A stretch of 64,000 nt of DNA from Takakia lepidozioides (Eukaryota > Plantae > Bryophyta), in contig CM060734.1 of assembly GCA_030704615.1 (NCBI GenBank), positions 5,642,001 to 5,706,000 of the forward strand, in the 5' to 3' direction. Below, in pieces: positions 39,238 to 48,310 of this stretch (positions are counted from its first letter, which is position 1; every line of letters starts with the position of its first letter). A model generated the notes under the pieces. That model was not told where the DNA came from and made no database searches. It saw only the letters and a list, made by a program, of their open reading frames with translations. A program made the translations under genes and the position numbers.

Positions 39238-40010
39238 TGAATGTCGTCAACGCCATTCAAAAAATTCCATTCAATGATACTGCAAATACTCCCTAATCCA
39301 CGTGAATGCAAAGTCTCGCTTTGGAATGACACAGACATAAAAGTGAATGTCGTCAACGGCATTCACTTTGGATTTGTGAATACACTGCTAATCAAGCCTA
39401 ATGATTTCTCAAAAGAGGCAAAATCATTGGATGGAAACTGAATGTCGGCAACGACATTCAGAAACTTGAGTAAGGAACCCTCCCTAAAAACTCAATGGAC
39501 ATTCAAAACGAACATAACACTAAGGACCTCATAATAACACTGGATGTGAATGGCGTCAACGCCATTCACAAAATTCCGAACAAGGAACCAATAAATACAC
39601 CCTAAGCTCCTAATCCATGTAAATTCAAATTGTCGCTGGTGAATGACATAGACATAGAAGTGAATGTCATCAACGACATTCACTTTGGATCTCTGATAAC
39701 ACAGCTAATCAAGCCTCAAGATTTCTCGCAAGAGGCAAAAGCATTGCAGAACAACTGAATGTCTGCATTGACATTCAGCAAATTGGAGTGAGGAACCCTC
39801 ACTGTAAACTCTATGGACATTACAAAAACTTACATAACTCTGAGGACCTCTTAACAACTCTGGATGTGAATGTCGTCAACGCCATTCAGGGACATTATCA
39901 ATTCTAATCAGGGACACTGTAATTACACCCTAAGCTCCTAATCCAGGTGAATTCAAATTCTCGCTTAAGAATGACTCAGACAAAGAAGTGAATGTCGTCA
40001 ACGACATTCA
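39238..40010. repeat. Eight copies of palindromic TGAATGTCGTCAACG(A/C)CATTCA in a ~315-bp higher-order repeat, inside a cargo-gene intron
   Basis: Motif at ~39238, 39344, 39439, 39547, 39661, 39756, 39867, 39988. Spacers recur every third copy. Confidence 0.9.
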
Positions 40011-40699
40011 ATTTGGATCTATGATTACAATCCTTATGAAGCCAAATTATTTCCCAAAAAGTGCAGTAGAGTTTCCAGTATGATATTGCACCTGTACACA
40101 ACTCGCATCATGGCCCACTTTCCTCCAACCTGACTGTCAAAGTCGTTGGACCGTAAAATGTTACCATCTTTGGAGAACTCCCGGAATATACAGTATCTCT
40201 AGGTGAGACCTCTCCACTTCCTTATGTATGCCTCCAATGAGGTTAGCTATTTCATGAGCATGAGCGGCATGAGCGGAGTAGCAAGACAATCGGTTTTCAT
40301 GAGCAGAAGTACAAATTTTGGAAATAAAAAACATTTAAAAAACATTATTTTTAATGGAATGTGTCAGAAAAACCAATATAATATTCATTGTTTGAAGTAA
40401 AAATTGTAGTTTTGAGAGCCATGCTCATGATATTTAGTCTTCCGCTCATGCGAATTCCGAGCGACATCTGCAAAAATGGCGCCGAATTTCGCGGTAATAC
40501 GTTCCGCAACCGGAGAAAGCTACGACGTATTTCGCGCGGTAATAGGTGTCTCCGGCGAAAAATGGTGCCGAATTTCGCGGCTATAGGTCCCAACATGGCA
40601 GGTGTGTAAGCCCAAAATTTGGAAATGTGGCGCTGAATTTTGGTACATGGTGCCGGGGATTGCACAGATGTTGGGCAGTTCTTGGGCCATGTAACTGGA

Positions 40700-42289
40700 G
40701 ATTTGGCGCCATTTTCTCAGACATCGGACTTGCGGTGCTCGACGAGACCTCCTCGGGCAACATCACGGGACCACGAGGGAGCGTGCGAATATTCTTGTCA
40801 ACTCGCCATGAATCGTCTTCTCCGCCAGGTGCCTCGTCAAGTCTTCGTCTCACTGGACGGGTGTGAACATCTCCTTTCAAGTGTTGGCCACTTCAAAGCA
40901 ATGGCGTGCCCCGAAGGCCCTCTCGCAAGGCTGCCGCCCACTTGCGAGGATTCTTCGATCTGGAGGCAGTCTGCATCAGCATTTCCTGCCTGTCCGGCCC
41001 AAGCCCACTGTTTCCCTTTCAAGAACTCGTTGTACCTGCATTGCTGCATAATTGACCTGACAATGTCCTCCGTTGTGGCAGTGAGGATGTCCACCAGATG
41101 CGCCGCAGAGGAGGCACGCCAGGAAAAATGTACTGATTCGGCCATGTTTGTTGTCGGCATGTCGGTGTCGGAGTCGAGACACATTTCCTGCACATGCACA
41201 TGTTCAGGTTACAAGCAAATTACAAAATAATGAGTAGCTAGCATAATATTCAACGGGACGCGGATTTGTCCAACTCACCTCCCGCATATAGTCGCCGAAC
41301 TGGAGGAAACGATAATGCCACCATGCTAGCCAACTGACCATTGCTCCCTCATCTGATTTCTTTACAGCACCTGACGTTGTCCACCAAGCCCGTATACATG
41401 CAAACTGTGTCTCTGCATCATCCAAGGTGGGAGCACACTTCCACGCAAGACACATGGAACGGTGCTCCTCTCTGAAATCTGGCGCCACGAGCCTGGTTGT
41501 GTACTGCGACAAGCTCTGCAGAAAATGGAACCCACAAGATCTTTCCTTGCTTTTCATCGGAACATTGGGGTCTTCCCCGTAGACCCTTCGGATGGCAGCC
41601 CAATTTGCTTATGCGTTGTCCGCCATGAAACCACTAAAATTGGGAGGGGGAAATCCTGCCCTGGCCATCTGTTCGTTTATTCCCTGCCAAAGAAGCATCT
41701 CCGATTGTGTGTCCTCTCCTTTCATCTCACAAATAACAATTGTCATTAGCATCCTGCAGTGGGTGTCGTAGACATGTGCACCCATTGTTACCCATTGGTG
41801 ATTTGTAATTCGCTTGATATGGTCGAACATGACCCAACTGTTTGACAAGTCCCCACTCGTCATCCGGTGGACCAGTTCGACGCCACTGCTAGGCCCACAC
41901 GTTGACATTTTGAATACGAAACAACGATCTGCCTCAGTCCCTTGTCCTGGAAATCTACTTCCATGAATGTAGTCATATCCACATCGTCGCTTCACCTCTA
42001 GAATGGAGTGCATATCCGAGCCACGCCCAATTCTCTGTTTGCAGGAGACAGTGTGGTTTCGGACATTCGGTGAACAGACGTGGAACACCGACTCCAGCAA
42101 TGCCTCCATTTCCTTTTCATCGAGAGGAACTCTGTCGGAGCCGTCTTCCGACATAATTCTGGCCAATGCCATCTTATGGGCGGCCTGCAGCTGTATCTGT
42201 TTGGGTTTGGCACCAGGTCTCAACTTAACCTCCTCCTGAACGAGCTGCTCTGCCTCGTGGGCAGCCTCCCGTGAGTTACCCCTCGTCAA
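40700..42289 (-). pseudogene. MULE transposase of copy 2, truncated at both ends
   Basis: WVMFDHIKR, FMADNA (followed by a premature TAA), RSCGFH and TNMAESVH. Same intron position as copy 1. GCM-like and SWIM parts are missing. Confidence 0.85.
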
Positions 42290-42312
42290 TTTATGACAAT
42301 GGGAACCAACGT

Positions 42313-43146
42313 GTCGGATGAAGTCGTCTCAGGGGGACAGGCCGACACCTGGCCGACAGAGAACATCCCTCGGATGGAAAAACGGCGCCGAATTTCCATC
42401 CAAGGCTGTTCGGATGAAGTGGTCTCGGGGGGAGAGGCCGACACCTGGCCGACAGAGAACATCCATTGCATGGAAAAACGGCGCCGAATTTCCATACGAG
42501 GCCCGTTGGATGAAGTCGTCTCGGGGGGAGAGGCCGACACCTGGCCAACAGAGAATATCCCTCGGATGGAAAAACGGCGCCGAATTTCCATCCGAGGCCA
42601 TTCGGATGAAGTCGTCTCGTGGGGAGAGGACGACACCTGCCCGACAGAGAACATCCCCCGGATGGAAAAACGGCGCCGAATTTCCATCCGAGGCCGTTCG
42701 GATGAAGTCGTCTCAGGGGGAGAGGCCGACAGAGAACATCCCCCGGATGGAAAAACGACGCCGAATTTCCATCCGAGGCCGTTCGGATGAAGTCGTCTCG
42801 GGGGGAGAGGCGGACACCTGGCCGATAGAGAACATCCCCCGGATGGAAAAACGGCGCCAAATTTCCATTCGAGGCCCGTCGGATGAAGTCGTCTCGGGGG
42901 GAGAGGCCGACACCTGGCCGACAGAGAACATCCCCCGGATGGAAAAACGGCGCCGAATTTCAGGACGAGGCCCGTCGGATGAAGTCGTCTCGGGGGGAGA
43001 GGCCGACATCTAGCCGACAGAGAACATCCCTCGAATGGAAAAACGGCGCCGTATTTCCATCCAAGGCCGCACGGATGGAGTCGTCTCAGGGGGAGTGGCC
43101 GAAAGAGATCATCTGCAGGATGGAAAAACGGCGCCGAATATCCATC
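42313..43146. repeat. 96-bp tandem repeat, ~8.7 copies
   Basis: GGATGAAGTCGTCTC-type motif at 42316, 42412, 42508, 42604, 42700, 42785 (11-bp deletion), 42881, 42977, 43073. Each unit has the quasi-palindrome GGATGGAAAAACGGCGCCGAATTTCCATCC. Confidence 0.95.
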
Positions 43147-43289
43147 AATAGACGCCCATATCGACCCTTCATCAACAATTTTGATTCGTTTTTCGCGTTT
43201 TTTTGTCTAATCAGTCACTCAACTTAGAGTTTTTTCGCCTGCGGTCCACTTTTTGGCACGTTATGCCCACCAATGTCATCCGGTAGAGA

Positions 43290-43580
43290 CAAATTCGGTG
43301 CCGGATTTCCATCCATGAGGTGGACCGATTACTTGCAGGATGGAAATTGGGCGCCGGTTTCCATCCTGCAGCCCTCCGGTTTACCTGCAGGATGGAAATT
43401 CGGCTTCGGTTTTCCATCCTGCAGCCCTCCGGTTTACTTGCAGGATGGAAATTCGGCGCCGGTTTTCCATCCTGCAGCCCTCCGGTTTACCTGTAGGATG
43501 GAAATTCGGCACTGGTTTTCCATCCGGCCGCGCTCCCGCTTGCCTGCAGGATGGAAATTTGGCGCCAATTTTCCATCCGG
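43290..43580. repeat. ~53-bp tandem repeat, ~5 copies, palindromic core
   Basis: GCAGGATGGAAATTCGGCGCCGGTTTTCCATCCTGC units at ~43335, 43387, 43440, 43493, 43546. Core is the reverse complement of the 96-bp repeat core. Confidence 0.9.
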
Positions 43581-44159
43581 CTGCTTCTGGATGAGAACGT
43601 CTCGGGCGGAGGGAGGGCCACGGTGCGTCCCACTTCATCCGCTGAATGGAAATTCGGCGTCGTTTTTTTCCATCCAGCGGGCTGTTGATGAAGTCTCGGG
43701 GGGAGGGTGGGCCAGGTGGCGCCTATGGGCGACCTCCATACCTACATTTAAGGGCGCAGTTGCGCATTAAATGTCCTCCGCCGTCTGTTTTGAACCGGAC
43801 GTTCCACACGGATACCGCACTTGCTTCCCGGATACGCCTTCGACACCTGATGTGACGGGTGGATGAAGTTCCATTTGAGGCATGTACGCACGCATTCTGC
43901 GGGAGATTTTTTCTTTTACTTGGACGTATGCCGTGTGGAGAAGGGCGTGGCTTTCTTGAGAGAAACCCCACATCCAGACGCGTCGCAAACTGAAGCCTTT
44001 GTACTACGGGCGGCAATGCGGCAATGCCGACCAGCCGAACGGCGACAAAGCGGCAACGCGCCTTCTGTACAGGTACATACGCGTTGCCTTTCTTTGATCC
44101 GTGGCCATTGTAGTCCCTACATTTCCAGGATGTAAGTTGCAACATTTTATTGCAAGGCA

Positions 44160-45776
44160 AAGGCGAAGACATGCCTGTCGGACAACGTCCCTGCCCACAT
44201 TGAAGCACCTGAGGGACAAAGCGGGTGGTTAGTAGCATGCGGCATGCAATTGCAATCGAGCTAGGGGACAAAATGTGCACGTGAAGGCTTACCCGTGCCG
44301 CATGTGAGGTCAAGAATCCGCCCTTGGACATCCGAGCACGTCTCCATGAGGGTTTGGATGAAAGCAGGGCTCCGGGTCCGGCTGTACTGCCATGGTTTGC
44401 CTGTCTTTGTGTCCTTCGGCATACTGGATTGGGGCACATAGTTGTAGAGGACATCGTAGGTAACAGGGTCCACAACGGCATCAACAAGACGACCGTCATT
44501 GCGGAATTTGAACGTAGACCCTCTCTTCACAAAACAATATGCCTCAAACACCAATGTCTGCACATCCAACAAAAGAGGGATCCACTCCAGGGTCTAGTTT
44601 AGATACACCACAATATGAAGTGAATGCAATAGATTGATAATTTACACTCTAGCCCTCTGTTCGCAACCCCTGCGTATTGATGCAGAACCATTTTTCAGGA
44701 GGACCGGGGGTGACACTTTTGGTGTCCACCTTGCCACAACATTCTCTGTGGTCTTCCCTCTTGTGGCAAGGACCACCATACATCCACCGTCATCCAGGAG
44801 CATCCCCGCCAGCCCAAACCCGGCTCTCCAGTAGTCCTCCGTAAACCTATTCCAGGTGGGCACACCATCCAGGCCCTCCAAGCTCCCCATCTGGAATATC
44901 GAGGAGAATCATATCGCAGGCTCTCCACCTCAACCCCCCCCCCCACCCCCCCCAAGTGCTCTTGCAATCCGTGCTCACAGCCGTGAAGAATTCCATCATG
45001 GCTTCCAAACCAGGGGTGTCTTTAGGCTCTGTAGCAGCAACCCTCTTTTTGGCTTTCCCCTTCAGCTCCTCCAGAGATTTGCTGTGTGCCACCTTCTTTG
45101 CCCTGGCAGCCAGAGCATCAAGAAAGCTCTCATTGACGCATTGGATGATAGTTGGGGATTCTAACTTTGGCCTTTGCGGAAACGTCACCGCCGAATGCCC
45201 GCGTGTAGGCTTGCCCTCAAATGCCAACTTCTTGGCAGAGCCAGTCCCAGTCCGAATTGAGTGGGAACCCGGACGACCGGTGACTTGGTAGTAGCAGCAG
45301 CAGTCGCAGGACCTTGCACAAAGTCGTCGTCGGAGTCACTCCCTTGGGGCCCCTCCTGCGCCTCATCTGGTGCCCCAGTGGTTTTCTGTTTTTTGGGGGT
45401 TACTTTACTCCCCTGTTTCCATGTCCTTTTCATTTGTCCTTTATTCTTCTCATTCAATTTCTCCTGAATACCTGCCTAAGCAAGCTCTGCCGCTTTCCTG
45501 GACTTGACAAGCGCTTTCGCCTCCTTTGGACCCAGCGGAGGCAGCGGAGCTCGGTTTGGTCGGGCCTTCGCATCCAGCTTCAATTGGAACTCGGATGAGT
45601 CGAGGGAGCCGGGCGGAAGGTCCACATACCAAGGGCAGTCGCGCAAATGCTCCAGATGCCACTCCTTCACGATAACGTCAGTGTACATGGAGTCAGCTCC
45701 AGAGTTCCTCTATGCGATGAACAATGGCGGCTAGAAGGACAGATGACCTTTCTCCAACAGGGAGAACTTAAAGTAC
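44160..45776 (-). pseudogene. Methyltransferase half of the cargo gene (copy 2)
   Basis: LRDCPWYVDLPP; CDMILLDIPDG; TLVFEAYC; KPWQYSRTRSPAFIQTLMETCSDVQGRILDLTCGT|GASMWAGTLSDRHVFAF. GT-AG introns at the same positions as copy 1. Confidence 0.8.
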
Positions 45777-45809
45777 CTGCATTCAAAAAACACAGACAGA
45801 ATCACATCC

Positions 45810-46406
45810 ATTTTTCCAGACTGGGTCCGAAAATGGCTAAGTCCCAGATTTGACTGGGCCCGGAACTGGAAAAATGGCGCCGAATTTCCAGAATATGTGC
45901 CATCCGCCCCAGGGACTTAGCCATTTTCGGACCCTGTACTGGAAAAATGGCGCCATTTTTCCAGTACAGGGTCCAAAAATGGCTAAGTCCCAGAACTGAC
46001 TGGGCCCGGAACTGGAAAAATGGCGCCGAATTTCCAGAATATTTGCCATCCGCCCCAGGGACTTAGCCATTTTCAGACCATGTACTGGAAAAATGGCGCC
46101 ATTTTTCCAGTACAGGGTCCGAAAATGGCTAAGTCCCAGAACTGACTGGGCTCGGAACTGGAAAAATGGCGCCGAATTTCTAGAATATGTGCCATCCGCC
46201 CCAGGGACTTAGCCATTTTCGGACCTTGTACTGGAAAAATGGCACCATTTTCCTAGTACAGGGTCCAAAAATGGCTAAGTCCCAGAAATGACTGGGCCCG
46301 AAACTGGAAAAATGGCGCCAAATTTCCAGAATATGTGCCATCCGCCCCAGGGACTTAGCCATTTTCGGACCCTGTACTGGAAAAATGGCGCCATTTTTCC
46401 AGTACA
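45810..46406. repeat. 146-bp tandem repeat (4 copies) building ~80-bp near-perfect palindromes
   Basis: GGGTCC at 45823, 45969, 46115, 46261. Example palindrome 45912-45991 is centred on CTGGAAAAATGGCGCCATTTTTCCAG with one mismatch. Confidence 0.95.
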
Positions 46407-47543
46407 GATTGCTATGACGAGTCCACTGGTGCCACATTCCAACTTCACATGACCCTATTTCCGTGCCTCCTAACCCTATTTCCGTGGACACACAATGGTC
46501 CGCTCATGCTTTTTTTTTTCCCGCTCATGCTCATGCCGCTCATGAAATAGCAGCCCCCCCTCCAATGACATTTGGGGAGGGGAAACAATCGAAATGTTCA
46601 AGTCCTTCAAAGTCTGATCCAGCACAATGACGGCGCGCTTTTCGAGCTGCAAATTGTATATTTGTCAGTATTGCAAATAAGATACTCATCATATAATTGA
46701 AGAAAAGAAAACGGCTTATTTGAATACACACCTGACTCCAAAATGTAGCATTGTGGAGCCAGTTATCAAACACCAAATCACTGATTCCTTCCACCTTTGT
46801 GCCAGGCTGTATGGTGCTCTTTGGGAACTGATTCAAGTCCTTTATTGTCTGATCTGAGTTCCATATCTCCAGCCACCTTATTTTTGTTTGTGGGTCGACC
46901 ATGGATATGGCCAACCGGTGCAATTTCTCTTGCTGCATCTCCGGATGCACATGCTTGTCATAGTGAGATTTGAATCTGGTGCTGAAGGAACTCAGAACCA
47001 AGTCCATGATCTACTATTCTAAGCTGCTTTCCGAAGGCGGACATCAATTTGGTTCTTCGCATTTCAAACTCATTTTTTATTGCTGCTTCCACACCCTTTG
47101 ATGTCCTTAGTTCCTCTGGTGTAGTGCGGTAATATTCAGATTTTCCCTTCTCAGCTGCCTCTGCCAGTTCTTGCTGCATTGATTCAAATAGTGATTAGCA
47201 CCGAAGGGACTACAAACATGTACTCAAAAAGTAAACTGAGTACAGACTCGGGCTTACCGCATACATGTACTCCAGAAACGCCTCTCGAATCAAAAAATAC
47301 CAAGTGCATGTAGCTCTTCCTGTTTCGCACTTCTTGATTATATTGGGGGGGAGTACTGTCCAAAAATCATCCAGCTTCATCAGACCAATCATCTGAATTC
47401 GGAATAGTGTGTGGACCAAGCTTGTTGTCACATGCGATTTCTCTGTCGATCTGCAAAAACATGGAAACATTGCATTCTTTAACACTGTTTTTTTGGGATT
47501 AACAAGACACTACAGAGGGAATGAAGTCTCTAGGATGACTTAC

Positions 47544-48310
47544 TTGTTCACGTCGTGCATAGCTGTAAGAAGCCTAGCAATGTCGTTTCCTGGATCCAAA
47601 ACCATTGCCTCCACAGCAACATGCTTGTCTTTGTCTTTCGCATAATGTTTCTGAATGTATCCCATCCATGCCAGCAATCGATGGTTGTCGTCCCAGATGT
47701 AGAACATGTGGTTGCAGAATTGCTGGGTCTTCTTTCCCATCATGAGGCCCAGCTCGAACTCCTCATTAGCATCTTTCCAGCACTCATCCCAGGTATCACT
47801 GATTTCTGGAGACACTAATGTGCTTTTCCCATTTATATCCGTCAGTGACACATAAAAAACTTGTGCACCAAGTCTGTATCCATGCACGAAATCACTCTCC
47901 AATTTTGTTATGTCATGGGAAAGAGGTGGACGCACAACAAGCATAGATATCATCCGGCACAGAGGGATGTCCAGACGCCCTCCATTCGTGTACGATACGT
48001 CCTCTGTGCGGGGAAGCTGAGGTGCCTCAATCCCGCCTGCTTCCACTTTCTCTCCAAGGAAGGGCGGAGAAACGAGACGGATTGGACTGGCACAACGCAT
48101 CATCCATTCATTGTCTCCAGCCAAGCTCCTACGGGTACTTTCAAGTGCGCACATTGCAAAGAACCACCGACGTGCATGTCCATGTGCAAAGCCAAGCAAT
48201 ATTACGTAATCCATTTGCTCCCGGACTTGACTAGAGCTTGCATACACGTTGGGGTCCACTGCCACCCCTTGGTGAGAGGCAACATGCGTGAGGCTGTGCA
48301 GGAAGCACAC
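47544..48310 (-). CDS. ParB/sulfiredoxin-like domain exon of the cargo gene
   Basis: RLDIPLCRM...VRPPLSHDITKLESDFVHGY...MFYIWDDNHRLLAW, resembling the ParB/Srx R...L...G and DG.HR.A motifs. Ends at a GTAAGT donor. Confidence 0.7.

Larger units (their letters stand above)
40239..46558. mobile_element. MULE-like element copy 2, internally deleted and inverted, nested in copy 1
   Basis: TIRs GAGGTTAGCTATTTCATGAGC (40239) and rc GGGGGCTGCTATTTCATGAGC (ends 46558). 8-bp TSD CCTCCAAT at 40231-40238 and 46559-46566. Removing it restores a continuous exon of copy 1. Confidence 0.9.
24116..48310 (-). pseudogene. Spliced ParB/Srx-domain + beta-class N6A/N4C DNA methyltransferase fusion gene (copy 1, interrupted)
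   Basis: Exons, mostly GT-AG bounded: <=48310-47544, 47450-47258, 47173-46732, 46646-46559 joined to 40230-40092, 39095-38017, 24602-~24318, 24225-24116. Motifs: IWDDNHRLLAW (ParB DG.HR-like), DIVIFDIPDG (motif IV-like), PWRGAKEKS..FMQILLESCS...VVDL, GATYHACKAGGRSLFGMEGD (motif X/I/II region). Confidence 0.75.

Noticed and set aside
39238-40010. CRISPR-like array of spaced palindromes
   Set aside because: Spacers are 75-100 bp and recur every third unit (higher-order repeat). No cas genes, and the context is a eukaryotic intron.
42286-43770. Repetitive ORFs in all frames
   Set aside because: Artefact of the 96-bp and 53-bp GC-rich tandem repeats.
24116-48310. Bacterial or phage contamination as the source of the methylase
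   Set aside because: The gene has spliceosomal GT-AG introns at conserved positions and is nested among plant TEs on the same contig as a plant AHL gene.
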